This document shows, one piece after another, positions 38,245 to 51,679 of a stretch of 64,000 nt of DNA. The DNA is from Octopus sinensis (Eukaryota): NCBI RefSeq assembly GCF_006345805.1, contig NC_043000.1, positions 74,586,001 through 74,650,000 of the forward strand, read 5' to 3'. Both the position numbers and the translations under genes were made by a program. The notes under the pieces are model-generated. The model was not told the DNA's origin and ran no database searches. It was given only the letters and a program-made list of their open reading frames with translations. Each line of letters begins with the position of its first letter. Positions within the stretch are counted from its first letter, which is position 1.

Positions 38245-38457
38245 GGTGGCAAGCTGGCAGAAATGTTAGCATGCCGTGCAAAATGCTTAGCAGTATTTCA
38301 TCTGTCTTAACATTCTAAGTTCAAATTCCACCATGGTTGGCTTTGCCTTTCATTCTTTCAAGGTCAATAAATTAAGTACCAGTTGCGTACTGGGGTCAAT
38401 TTAATTGACTGCCCCCTCCCCCAAAATTTCTGGCCTTGTGCCTAGAAGAGAAAAGAA
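38245..38457 (+). mobile_element. tRNA-derived SINE (third family; a weaker copy lies at about 30640-30800)
   Basis: ggcaagctggcagaa...aagttcaaattcc...ctttgcctttcat...aagtaccagttgcgtactggggtc...ctggccttgtgcc. Confidence 0.6.
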
Positions 38458-38513
38458 TGTAAGAGGAGAAAAGAATATAATATTTTGAGTACATTTTGTT
38501 TCTTTGTCTTATA

Positions 38514-39827
38514 CTAGCTGAATTACCTGGCATTGCCTGGGTTACCACCGTTCTTATTCAGATTAGTAAACAATAAATGCAAAGATTTTTTTTCTCATAA
38601 ATGTTCCAAAATATCTATATTTTATTAAAAAATATCCAAGTTGTAATGATAATAGAACTTAAAACTGAAAATCTGTCAGTCTTGAAGCTCCTCAAGGTAA
38701 ATAATCTTCATTGTTGGTGTCCTAATGAATAAATTGTTTCTGCTTCTAACTCATGAGCAACCAACATAGAGTTGGTCATGGGAGATGCATGTAGTAGAGA
38801 GATGAAGTCCAACTACATGGAAGGATTGACCATGAGATTTGTTAACTGAAATACCAAAACTTAGTTTGACTGGAAACTGAAGCCTCTTAAATTCAAATGC
38901 AACATCTGTAGGTATGAAAGGAAATTTTAGAATAAAGACATTTTCTCCTTTGTGACCACCTGTTATGATTGTTACTTGTAGGACATGATGGCTTCATAGA
39001 AGTAACAATTGAGTTCCATTACACAGGTAAGGTGGGTCAAAATTCCTATGCAATATAATGGGAGCATCCAGCTTTAGTGTCAAGTTATGCAGTGATATCC
39101 CAGTGGGTTTAAGTGTGTTCAGAAATTCAGAGTATTGAACAGCCTGATCTTGATCAACTGTTATGTGAATTGATGGAAAAGTCATTTCTGATGTATCTGT
39201 TAACTTTTGAAGAAGTTCATGATTGAGTTTATCAACCATTTCATTAGTTAGAGCCAGTATAGCTCTTTCACATGGCCAGTTTACATCAGTGTAATTGGCA
39301 ATCACATATACACTGACACATACATACACTCTCACGTACACTGACACACACACTCTCACATACATATACTAAGACACACAGACATACATTTATGTAATGA
39401 ATGCGCAAACACACACTCTCATATATACAAAATGTGTTGTCATCGTCGTGGTATAAAATGTCCTTTACTATCTTGTATGTATCAAACATGCAAATACACA
39501 CATACACACACATATACAAAATATATGGTGGTGGCGGCATAAAATGTCCTTTATCATGTCATGTGTAATGAACACGCTAACACGTACACTCTCACTGAAC
39601 ATACACACTCATATACAAAATGTGATGTGGTGGTGGTATAAAATGTCTTTTACTATAGTTGACTATAGAAAGATTACTTTAGATAAAATGTTATATTAAT
39701 CCAAATGAAAATAAAAGTTACATGACATTCACGGGGTCTAATACCTTGTAAAATTTGATTTCATTTGGTGAAGCCATTTGAGAATGCATAGGGAACAGAC
39801 AGACAAAGAATTTTATATATAGAGAGA
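38514..39827 (-). mobile_element. Internally deleted Helitron retaining a PIF1-like helicase C-terminus
   Basis: On the minus strand it reads A|TC (39827)...CTAG|T (38514) with a subterminal hairpin. The protein remnant 'CERAILALTNEMVD.LN...EFLNTLKPTG...L.LKL.APII.HRN.DPP.LCNGT' is followed by 'FKRLQFPV.L.F..SVNKSHGQS...QLYVGCS'. Confidence 0.9.
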
Positions 39828-39895
39828 TTGTGATATATAAAACACACAATTGATGTAAAAACATATAATAAAGATTGTTATTTTTGATATTTCAG

Positions 39896-40162
39896 TATGT
39901 TCTTAAAAAGATCAACTTGAAAAGTACATCTGATAAAGAACGTAGAGCAGCTGAGCAAGAAGCAAGATTGTTATCCAACTTAAAACATCCAAATATTGTG
40001 ACTTACAAAGATTCCTTTCAGACTGGTGAACGATATTTATACATTGCCATGCAATATTGTGAAGGTGGTGATCTCTACACTTTGCTTAAGGAACGCAAAG
40101 GGAAGGTCTTAGAAGAGAAACAGGTTGTGGAGTGGTTCATACAAATAGCTATGGCTCTACAG
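39896..40162 (+). CDS. NEK4: NEK4-like kinase, coding exon 2 (YVLKKINLKSTSDKERRAAEQEARLLSNLKHPNIVTYKDSF...EGGDL...QVVEWFIQIAMALQ)
   Basis: Acceptor tttcAG at 39894-39895 and donor GTAAAA at 40163; 267 nt = 89 codons, phase 0/0. It contains the catalytic Lys (VLKK), the alphaC Glu (EQEA), HPNIV and CEGGDL. The motifs ERRAAEQEA and QVVEWFxQIAMALQ are characteristic of NEK4. Confidence 0.95.
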
Positions 40163-42404
40163 GTAAAAAAAAAAATTTATATCCAAACACACTTTGTTTT
40201 TGCACTTTTTATGTAATACATGTAATTCTTCAGCCACTTGGTATTTCGCACAGAGCCTAACAAATGTCAGTATTATTTCTCAGTCAGATAGCATGAAGGG
40301 CATTTAGTTCTGAAAGCTAATTAATTGCTTCAACAATATGCAATTGCTGAAATGGAAAAAAGACAAAACAATTATACAAGAATCAGCAAATGAATCTAAA
40401 ATATTTAGAAAAGAAAATAGTTTTTCAATTTTTAACTTTGAGTAAAGCCTTTTCATTTATTCCAATTACAAGTTCTATTATTTGCATTCAGGAAATATGA
40501 GTTCAATCAAATCTTCTTAAATAATTTAGGTACCTTGAAACATTTTTATTGGAGATAATATTTAAATATAAATGAGTTATATTATGTTGAGATTTCAGCA
40601 CAATGTCATTACTTATGCATAAAAATAAATTACTATTCATTATGGTTGGTGAAAGGTAAAGATGACCGAGTTGGTAGTTGATGGTTTGAATTCTGTCTGT
40701 GATGTGCCTTTAATATGCCATTTCTTATTAGTTTAGTTCACGTATATATGAATAATTACTATAGATGTTGATGAACCACATAGGCCTGGGTTCAGTCCCA
40801 CTGCATGGCATTTTGGACAAGTGTTTTCCACTATAGCCTTGCGCCAACTGAAGCCTTGTGAGTGGATTTGGTAGAAGCATACTGAAGGAAGCCCATTGTG
40901 TGTGTGTGTGTGTTTCTTCGTGTCTATGTTGGTTTGCTACCACTGCTTGACAGCTGGTGTTAGTGTTTGTTTTTTTACATCCCCATCAGCTAGTGATTTA
41001 GCAAAAAGAAACTGGGAGAATAAGTAGCAGACTTGAAAAAAAAAAGAGTATTGGCATTGATTCATTCAACTATCAAATTCTTCAAGCAGTACCCCAGCAT
41101 GGCTACAGTCTAATAACTGAAACACATAAAAGATGGGTTTAGATCACTGTTGCAAAGCAAGAATTGTACAATTAGTGAATGTTTCATTGTTTATGGGGTC
41201 TGAGAGGTGGGTAGGAGACCACTTCAGTGTATTCTTCTACAAAATCCCTGTAAATGCTTCATTTTTAGGGCTACCAGAAGTTATCTTTGGATTGATTGTT
41301 AATTGTTAGATATTCTCTTTCTCTCAATCAAACAAATCAGTTCTCTTTTATGTGTATGTTGCAGCTATTGCCTTGATATACAGAACTCTAAACCCACTCT
41401 ATAGAATGCCTTCACATTGTTTTAATTTATAATAAGAATTGAACAAGTTATAGGTGCTGAATCTGTTTTGAGTTTTTAACTATTGTATTATTTCTCTAAA
41501 CTTAGCTTGAAATTCACGTTTTGTAATTGAGTGGTTAGTATTTGGTAAAGTATTGCTCTATTAGATACTTGACAAGTAATAAACTTAGAGACTAATATCT
41601 GTAAGTTTATTTTCCCATCACTGTAACATTAAACACATCTTAAGGATGAAAAGATAATAACTTTCCTGTTAATTAATGTCAAAGCTATTGCTGGTACTAT
41701 AGATTTGAACATGATTCAAGTGTCTTTTGTTCTAGGTTCAGTGATGCTTCAAGTTATTTAGATGATAGTACATCTAAGGAAATTAATGTGCAAAAGTCTA
41801 GCATTCTATCCAGATAGATCTATCACATCTGTCAAATGTTCTGAAAACATGATAGAGATCTATGAATCCTTTAGAGTCCATGAAAGAATCAATTAAAAAA
41901 GTTAATATATTCTAGAATTATTAAACTTCATGATACACATTTAACATACAACACCAGTGAAATTAATGATTATGGTTGAAAATGTCAGACAAGTTCAAGA
42001 TTTTGTACATTTCATATTTATAAATAGTGAAAATCAAGATATGCTTGTTGGAAGTATCAAGTTTATGGTGTCCAATTTAAAGTCCCTTTTTCCCATGATA
42101 GCATGAGTTGAATAAATTATTATTGAGGCATCATTTTACTGCTGGATACTTTTCCTGTCACTGACACTTGTTTTTCAAGTGAAGGACTTTTTTTATTTTG
42201 GAAGTGGAAAAGAATGACAAACAAGAAATGTGAGGAAAAGAATGCATTTAGGAAAAACAAATGACAATTACATCCTCTCAAAATCTGTAGTACAGCACTA
42301 CAGTATGGTTTGTTAGCTGGGAATGTCAACATAATGTCACTTTTTTTGCTAAAATAGATCTCGTGAACTGCAGGATGTAAACATTCACAGATACATATAT
42401 ATAC

Positions 42405-42830
42405 ATACAGATGGATGCTGACAGCTCCATAAAGAAGTGTTGTTCACTCAAAGTGGATGGAACTCATAGAAGAGGGAGACCCAGAAAGATATGGGACAAA
42501 GTACTGAAGGACAACCTCAGAACGCTGAGCCTTTTGGATGAGATAACAAAGGACTGAGATACCAGACACCTTCCTGTAGATCTGCCTGCCACAGCAGAAG
42601 TGTTAAGGCCCCTGATGAAGAGGACTGACCTGCAAGAGTCCTGTTTTGGTGCCACATAAAAAGCACTTGTGCTGGTGCCAGCATCATGTTAAAAGTACCC
42701 AGCACTCACTGTAAATTGGTTGGTTTCAGGAAGGGCACCCGATGTTAGAAACCAAGCAAAATCAGACTGCAGCTCTGGTCAAACCAGCCAACCCATGCCA
42801 GCAAGAAAACGGATGTTAAAGGATGATGAT
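42405..42830 (+). mobile_element. RTE 3' end fragment (divergent subfamily)
   Basis: Reads 'RGRPRKIWDKVLKDNLRTL' followed by tail motifs. Confidence 0.65.
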
Positions 42831-43410
42831 ACATACATGTATATCATCATCATTATCATCACCATGTTTACTTTTCCATGCTTGCATAGATCAGATGAGA
42901 CTACATATGGGCCGAGTTTTTCTACATCCAAATGTTCTTGCCAACACCAACTTCACCTGTTTTCCAGCAAGGTAATAATCTCCCAGTCTATTGAACAGCA
43001 AAAGACCCAGACATGGTAATGGAGAAATGCAAAAAACTGGAAGTAAATGATGTCAGCTACATGAAAGGTGAAACTTTTGTTTACAATCAGTGAACACAAA
43101 TGAAGATTAGAGGAAATACAAACATATTCATGTACACACACACACTCATTCATCATCATTTAATGTCCCTTTTCTCATACTGGCATCGGTTGGATAGTTT
43201 GACATGAACAAACAAGCCCAAGAGCTGCACCACATTCTAGTGTCTACTTTGGCATTGTTTCTACAGCTGGATACCCTTCCTAAAACAAAGTCCCTACAAG
43301 ATAAGACCCCTCTACTCAGTGGGATATAGAATTGAGGGCTAAACTAGCATAGAGGGATAGGAGTAGGTGTTTTGCTGAAGAGATGAATACATGGCTTGTC
43401 CATCTGGAAA

Positions 43411-43456
<46 letters not shown>

Positions 43457-43639
43457 GAGTGTATTTTCCCTTGTTAACAATTAACATGGAAACAATAGAT
43501 AAATAGTTACCAGGGTAGCGAAAAATTGCACAAATAAAGAGGTTGTAACTCCTTGTTTTTAAAGGTCGAAACTTCGGGTTTACATGGAATTTTTTGTATA
43601 ATATGTAAATAAATAAATGGAGTTTATTTATTTATTTGA

Positions 43640-45115
43640 TGATCATATGACGAAGGCAACTTTTTAGATATTACGCTTAACTTACACAATAACTCTTACT
43701 TCCCATATCATAAACCATTGACCAATCTTAAGTACATTAGCAAATTTAGTAATCATTCTAGAGCAATTACTAGGAACTTAGTTAAAAATATTTCATTTAG
43801 ATTATTTAAGTTATCTGCTAATGTTGACATTTTCAATGTTAACGCTGAATTTTATAACTCTGCCTTACTTAAAGCAGGTTATACAGAGAAAATTTTCTAC
43901 ATTGATTCTATTCAGTCTTCAATAATGTAGATATGAAATCTAGTTGTAAAGGAATTATCGATTACAAGTTTAATCTATGCACCAATACAAAGCGGAGGAA
44001 GGGAGATAACCCTTATTTAATTCCTTATTATCATTCTAAAAGTAAATGTAAAACTTTCAAAAATAATTACACTAAAAATAAGATAAATAGTAGTAAAAAT
44101 ATTTGGTTCATTCTTCCAACGGGAGACAAATTAAATCTAATCTCCCATTGCAATTTCGTCAAGCTGTTATTAGGAATTTTCCAAAGAATTCTAGGTATTA
44201 CTCTATTATCAATTCACATACGGTTAGGATTGGTTTTTCCAACACAAAAAATCTCTTACAAATTATCTCTTCACATAATAACAACCTGTTAAATATTAAT
44301 ACATTTACTAATACTAACATTAATTTAGCTAATACCATCCATCCCTCTAGAAATATTGATAACAAGGTTATTGTATCTGAAGTCAATTCCAACAGAATTA
44401 AGTTTATGTTACGTAACTCTAAAATTCTATATACCAGTGTAAAATCATTACTCAAAATAATGTACAATTTTACATTGGAAGCATGCCATTACAGTTATCT
44501 AAAAGAATTTCTATCCATTACTCAACATTTAAGGATAGAAATAAACGTAACAGCACAGGGCTCAGTAAATTAATTTGCGATCTAAAAGACCACAATGAAC
44601 AATTTAATTTAGAATGGTTGATTCTCTCAATCTCGATACCTTATGACAAAGCCAAGGAATTCTGTCTTCTCTTTAATTCTGAACTATTTTTCATTATTTT
44701 TTCTAAAAATCCCCTAGTAAACAGTTATAGAGCGTGCATACCAATGTAAACATTGGCAAAAACACACCTTTAGTTCATATAAGTAATCTTTATCATTATA
44801 TATAATTTATACATGAATTTTCTTTTTATATTTAACATTCACTAAAAAAAATCCATCCTCTTTCTATAGGCTACTTCTGATGTTATATCATATAATGTTT
44901 CTTCAAACAATAGTAATAGCATTCAGTAAATCACTATACATATCCATCATTTTCTGTTAAAATGTCTTATTGACAAGTTTCATTTCTTCACTTCCCTGAA
45001 GAGAAGATTACATTGCTTTACACCATTTATTCCTTTGGAATATCAGTGAAATCTTTGAAACATGTATCGGAAGTAAATGTATTTGAATTATACCTGCGTT
45101 AAACTCCATTTATTT
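43640..45115 (+). mobile_element. Penelope-like element, 5'-truncated: RT thumb, linker and GIY-YIG remnant plus 3' region with a hammerhead motif
   Basis: Reads 'YISKFSNHSRAITRNLVKNISFRLFKLS..F......YNSALLKAGY', 'KNIWF', 'R.GFSNTKNL.QIISSHN' and 'H.STFK.RNKRNSTGLSK.I.DLK...F...W.I...C.L...E.F.I'. A short inverted copy of the 3' terminus (AAATAAATGGAGTTTA) lies at about 43611-43626. Confidence 0.85.
44981..45079 (+). ncRNA. Type-I hammerhead motif in the Penelope 3' region (stem III mismatch)
   Basis: ACTTCC-CTGAAGA(44996)-GAAGATT...AATCTTT-GAAA(45057)-CATGT-ATC^-GGAAGT. Stems I and II pair; position 15.2/16.2 is C/A. Confidence 0.65.
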
Positions 45116-46194
45116 ATATATATATATAAAGAGAGAGAGAGAGGTGAAGTCAAGGTACAAGGTGAATATGGCAGACAGGATAGAAAAGAAGAAAAAAGTG
45201 GATAAGTGTGCTGAGTGAGAATAGTGTGACAGATAATTAGAGATAGGGAATGAGTTGGATGTGGAGAATATCAGTTCTGTAGAGGGTAAATGAATCAAGG
45301 AAATGGGATAATACGGAAGATTCATAGAAGAATAGGTGTCAGAAGATTAGTTGTAGGGAGAGGCTTAACAGAACCTCAATTCTGCTGTGATGGACAAGTC
45401 TTCTGATGCACAGAATATCACTTTTCTTTTCAGTCCCCTGACTGAGGCTTCTCCAATAGGTTCAATGTCTTGCATTCAGTCTTCACCACATTATTCCTGG
45501 AGTCTCCCTCTTCCCCAACTCCTTCAGTGTTTACCAATAGGCAGCCCTTTATACAGCTGTCTTCATCTATCCATATCACACGTCTCCTGCATATTACATC
45601 TGATGCCTCTTATACTTGATTTTTCACTTAGCACATTTGTACTTTGTTGTACATGTCCATTGATGTTCTCCAATTTCCCACTTTGGTATAGTACTCCATT
45701 TTTTTTTAATAAATCCTCGATTAAAATTTCATATTCCACAACCCCAAACTTGGGATTCATAATCACCATTTCTAATAGGTGCAAGCTCAGTAATTGATGG
45801 TGGAGTTTCATAACCAGTATTTGTTTTTAAAAGAGAAGAGTATTTTTCAAGATAATGTTCATGTCAAATAAGTGCAAGCCACCTAATTGCAGACCCTGAG
45901 AACCACTGATCAGGTTTCCATTTTAATCAAGTTAATAGTATACTGTAATCTTGGAAAATCCCACCCTCTACCATAGCAATCATTTGGACACCCTAAAATT
46001 AGCATTAACACCAGTAACTATGGTGAAACAAATATGAAACATCATCACCTTGACTCCTATACTCCTAGAGACAATTTAAACCCTTGATCAGTCAATCAAT
46101 GCTTACAGTTCCTCTCTCCCATCAGCTTCCACCCACTAGACCTGTTGTTTACTCAATCCTCATTGCTTATATGTTTATATGATAAATATGCCGT

Positions 46195-47035
46195 TTCAAG
46201 TTGGACCTAAGAAGCATCAGATGTGGTGTGCAAGAGAGACGACTGTGCTGGTATGGCCATGTGGCAAGAATGGATGTGGATAGCTGTGTGAAAAAGTGCC
46301 ACACCCTAGCGGTTGAGGGAATCTGGGAAGAGGTAGACCCAGGAAGACCTGGGATGAGGTGGTGAATATTGGGCTTCACCGAGACAATGACTAGTGACCG
46401 GGACCTTTGGAAATATGCTGTGCTTGAGAAGACCCGGCAAGCCTAAGTGAGACCATAACTTTGTGGCTTATGCCAGGAGTGTAACCAGCCCACTTATGCG
46501 TACCTTTCCTTCATTGGACACTAAACTCTGATTGCGAAGACCTGTTGAGGCAAGTGAAATTGAAATCAAATTTGATGACTGGCATCCGTGCTATTGGAGT
46601 GCTAAGTGTACCATATGAGCATGATCATTGCCAGAGCAACAAGCTGGCCTCCGTGCCGGTGGAACATAAAAAGCACCATTCGAGCATGATTGTTACCTGC
46701 ATCGCCTTACTGGCACTTGTGCTGGTGGCACGTGAAAAAACATTCGAGCGAGGTCTTTGCCAGTGCCGCTGGACTGACTCCTGTGCAGGTGGCACATAAA
46801 AAGCACCATTTGAACATAGCTGTTGCCAGTACTGCCTGACTGGCGCTCATGCCGGTGGCACATAAAAGCACCCACTACACTTTTGGAGTGGTTGGTGTTA
46901 GGAAGGCACCCAGCTGTAGAAACTCTGCCAGATCAGAGTGGAGTCTGGTGCAGCCATCTAGTTCGCCAGACCTCAATCAAATCGTCCAACCCATGCTAGC
47001 ATGGAAGCGGATGTTAAATGATGATGATGATGATG
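46195..47035 (+). mobile_element. RTE 3' end plus full 3' UTR
   Basis: Reads 'LDLRSIRCGVQERRLCWYGHVARM...CHTLAVEGIWE.GRPRKTWDEVV', then subrepeats and (GAT)n. Confidence 0.85.
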
Positions 47036-47544
47036 CCATTTAATGTATACATGTGTATAAATATTGTATTAATAATAATAATATTGCATTAATAATAATT
47101 GTATGAAAAATAACGATAATAAATATTATTGTAGTAATAATAGTAATTAAGTATTAAAATTTATCATAAGTCTGGTTAGCAGATGATAATTAAAATACTA
47201 AGCAACATGGGGGAACTATTGTAATTCTCTACATAGTTTTTCTGTCACAGCAGCCATTAACATATTTAAGGAATAGTTTTGGTAAACATCATTCAGTTTT
47301 GGCTGTCACCTTGTTCACAAAACTTCAGCTTAATTTTATCTATTTCATTTTATTCAAATGTGACTCTCTCAATCAATACTTATAATTCCTCTCTCATCAG
47401 CTCCCCCACCCTAGAAATGTTGTACACTCAATCCTCATTGCTTATATGTTTATATGATAAATATGCCATTTAGTGTGTACCTATGTATAAATATTGTATT
47501 ATTAGTAATAATAATAATAAAATATTAAAATTTAATAATAATCA

Positions 47545-48650
47545 TCATCATCATCATCATTTAACGTCCATTTTCCATGCTAGCATAGGTTGGATGATTC
47601 GACCGGGGTCTGGGAAGCCAGGAGGCTACACCAGGCTCCAGTCTGATCTGGCAGTGTTTCTACAGCTGGATGTCCTTCCTAACGCCAACCACTCCGTGAG
47701 TGTAGTGGGTGCTTTTTACGTGCCACTAGTACAGGTGCCAGGGGAGGCTGGCAACGGCCACGATTGGTTGGTGCTTTTTACATGCCACTGGCACGGAAGC
47801 CAGTCAATGTGGCGCTGGCATTGGCCACATTTGGATGGTGCTTTTTACGTGCCACTGGCACAGGTATCACAACTACAATTTCCATTTGATTTTTTGATGT
47901 TGATGTACTTGACTCAACAGGTCTCCTCAAGCACAACAGGTCGTCCTACAATCCAAAGTAAGCATAGCAGGCCGTCCTGCGATCTAAGGTACTAAGGATG
48001 GGCTGGGGCTGCTATACGAAACTGGTGCTAGAAGCAGCCATGAACTCACGTTATTTGTCGGATCTTCGCAGTCACAGCATATCCTCAGAGATCTCGGTCT
48101 TTCGTCATTGCCTCTGTGAGAGCCAACGTTCGAAACTCATGCTTGACCACCTCATCCCATGTCTTCTTGGGTCTACCTCTACCCTGGATTCCTTCAACTG
48201 TTTGGGAGTGGCACTTCTTCACACATCTCTCCTCATCCATCCGTAGTGCATGACCATACCAGCACAGACGAATCTCTTGCATGCCATATCCAATGCTTCT
48301 TATGTCCAGCATTTCTCTCAGGGCACTTACACTCTGTTGTGTGTGCACACTGACATCACACATCCAGCAGATCATGCTAGCTTCATTTTTTTCAAGCCTA
48401 CGCATGTCCTCTGCAGTCAGAGCCCATGTTTCACTACCGTGAAGCATGGTGGTTTTTATGCATGCGTCATACAATCTACCTTTCACTCTGAGCAAGAGAC
48501 CCTTTGTCACCAGTAGGGGTAGGAGCTTTCTAAACTTTGCCCAGGCTATTCTTATTGTAGTGGTAACACTCTCTGAGCATCCACCCCCACTACTAACTTG
48601 GTCACATAGGTAGCGGAAACTATCCGCTACCTTGGTGACCAAGTTAGTGA
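47545..48650 (-). mobile_element. RTE 3' fragment plus 3' UTR, antisense to NEK4
   Basis: ORF 48642-48085 reads 'DSFRYLCDQVSSGGGCSES...RLYDACIKTTMLHGSETW'; the (CAT)n tail is at about 47545. Confidence 0.85.
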
Positions 48651-49479
48651 TAATAATAAAATATTAATATTGTCTGGTTAGCAGATAATTAGAATTGTAA
48701 ACAACATGGAGGAGCTATTGTAATTCTCTGTGTAGTTTCTGTCATAGCAGCCGTTTTTGCAAACCCATTATAGTCGCCCTCCCACCCTCGCCTTTTCAAT
48801 CTAAACATACATGACTTGCTTCCCTAGCTACTCATACTCCTGTTCTGAGAGTAGAGATCCCTCCTCTTTGTACCCATATACCTGTGTGTATGCACCTGTT
48901 AGAGTACTGTATACATGTAGGTATGTGCTCATGTGGACTCTATATTTCTATATGTGTATGCAAATGTATGTGCTTATCGGTATGTATTTATATATCTAAG
49001 TGTATGTCTTTGTGGGTTGCATGTGCATATGTATGTGTATGTATATATGTGTGTGTGTGTGTGTGGCTATATGTCATCTAAGTGTATGCATATGTGGATT
49101 GCATGTGTAAATATGGATATCGGTGTTTGTGTAAATAGGTAAATGCAGAAATGTGTAGGATATGTGGATATATATAGATGTGTGTTTATATATATGTGTG
49201 TTTATATATTTATATGTATGTATGTATGTGTATATAAACATGTAAGACTGATATTGTGCTGTGTAGTGTTTGTGTCTCCCTGCCTCTCTTCCTGGTCACT
49301 TATGTGCCCTCTTTCCCTCTCACCTTTTTGTCCCTTATTAGGGATGCTGTATGGGATTGAGGAAATTGTAATTCAATTGAATTGAATAAGCTATGTATAA
49401 AAACTCTATGCCATCTGGCTAGCATTTGCACAGATCTTCTTTTCAGGTACTGACAAAAAGACTCACAGCAACTGCCTTC

Positions 49480-51670
49480 CCACTGACACGCCCAAGTACA
49501 CAAATTCAGGGCTGCTACCATCAACATTGGCACAATGAAAGGTAGGTCTAGTGAGATTATTGAAATGGTGAAGCATTGCCATGTCGATGTGTGTGGTGTG
49601 CAAGAAGTGAGATGGGAGGGCGCCTCTGCTAGATTTCTTGTGGGTAAGAGACAGGTTCAAATTCTTCTGGATAGGTAGAAGTGATGGAGTGAGTATTGTG
49701 GGCATATTCTTAGCAGAAAAATAGGTGGATGGGGTAATTGAGGTAGTCAGAGTATGTGATAGGGTTATTAAGCTAAGACTTATTATAGATAAATTAATAG
49801 TTACATTTATCTCTGCTTATGCTCCACAAGCTGAGCTTACTGATGCCCAGAAGGACCAATTCTACAAGGTCGGTCTGCAGACACCTCAATGACAAATGAC
49901 AGAAACTGGGTTACTGTGGCTGGTGACATTAATGGACATGTTGGGCAGCATTCCCATGAATTCTATGAGGTTCATGGTGGTTATGGTTTTGGCCCCAGGA
50001 ATGAGGAAGGAACAAAGCTACTGGAGTTATGAGATGCAAATGATCTCATGATCTACAACACTAACTTCAGTAAGCCAGCCAGCCAGCCAGCCAGTCACTT
50101 ATTAGTTCAGGAGGCAATCGAGATTGATTGCCTCCTCATCAGGCAACTAGATAGGCAGATGCTCACAAATGCAAAGTCATTTCCAGGTGAAGAATGTACA
50201 CCCCAACATAAGCTATTAATTAGTTAGTGACTTCAGAATTAGGGTTAGAAAGACTAGGAGAAATAAACTACACTGGACAAGATTATGGAAGCACAAAGAC
50301 CCAGTTAAGAAATTCAGAGACCCCTCTAATGACAGAGAGTAGGAGGTAGGGACTTGTAGCTTAGAAGGCAATTGGAAGTTCCTGCAGGACAATCTACAGG
50401 GGACTGCAGGCCAAATCTGTGGCTGGTGCGAAGTCCTAGCTAGGCCACAGGTGAAATGATGGTGGAACAAGGAGGTGGATGGCATTATAAAAGCAAAGTG
50501 ACAGGCCTGGAAAGATTGGAAAAACAGTAGAAACAGAATTATATAAGAAGGGAAGCTAAGCAACAGGTTTACATAGCAAAAGGAATAGCCAAAGGCCAGA
50601 GGTTTGCTAATGTTATATAGCATGAGGTATTCAGGACTGCGAAGCAGTGTATCAGAGAGAATAGTGATGTGGGTGAGAAATGTGTGAAAATAGGTAATGG
50701 TATTAGTGACTCAGAAAAGATATGTGAAAGTGCCACTAAATGGGGAAAATGAATGGAAGGAGGTGGTCTTTCAAATATTGAACTAATTAAATGACCAGCC
50801 ATCAGGTTTGATAACAGTATAATAGATATGGCAATTAAGGATATGAAGACAGAAAAATCCCCCTGGACCATCAGCTATCACTGCCGAGATGATTAAAATA
50901 TCCAGTGGTGTGGGATACAGCCTAGTCACTCACATAGTTCGTCAGGTTAATCAGGAAGGCATTATCCCCAATGACTGGTGTAGAAGTATTATTGTTAGCT
51001 GCTAGAAAGGTAAAGATGATGCTTTAGATAGAAACAACTACAGAGGTATCAGACTGCTAGCCCAGGTCATGAAAATTACAGAGAGAGAGTTATAACTCAA
51101 TTGATTAGAAATATAATTAAACTAGATAAGATGCAGTTTGGTTTTGTACCTTGGAGGAGTACCACAGATGTCATCACACTAGTGAGACTGCTACAGGAAG
51201 AGTATTTGGCCAAAAGTAAGCCATCATACTAGGCCTTTATTGATCTGCAGAAAGCTTTTGACAGGGTCCTCTGCTCTGTTATATGGTGGTCTCTAAGGAA
51301 GGTTGGTGTAGGCGAGTGGCTTGTTACAGCTGTACAAGCCTTGTACAGAGGTGTTGTCAGTAAGGTAAGAGTCAGTGATGAATTTAGTGTACAAGTAGGG
51401 GCTCACCAAGGCTCAGTTCTTAGTCCACACCTATTCATCATAGTCTTCCAGGCCATAACAGAGGAATTCAAAACTGGATGCCTGTGGAAACTATGATATG
51501 CTGATGACTTCACTCTTATTACAGAATCTGTAGCAAAGTTGGAGAAAAAATTCCGGGTATGGAATCAAAGGGCCTTAAAGTTAACCTAGATAAGATCAAA
51601 GTTATTAGCAAGAAAGCAGACAAGGCTCTCTTACTGTGAGGAAAATGGCCCTGCTCAATATATAGGAAAG
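49480..51670 (+). mobile_element. Older RTE copy: AP endonuclease through RT (heavily decayed)
   Basis: Contains 'AATINIGTMKGRSSEIIEM...CGVQEVRW', 'AGDINGHVG', 'QFGFVP.RSTTD' and 'QG.HQGSVLSP.LF'. Confidence 0.8.
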
Positions 51671-51679
51671 TCAGGTGAG

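Noticed and set aside
45563-45811. Short non-repetitive ORF as a nested host gene
   Set aside because: No recognisable motif or convincing splice sites; its 3' part runs into an RTE fragment.
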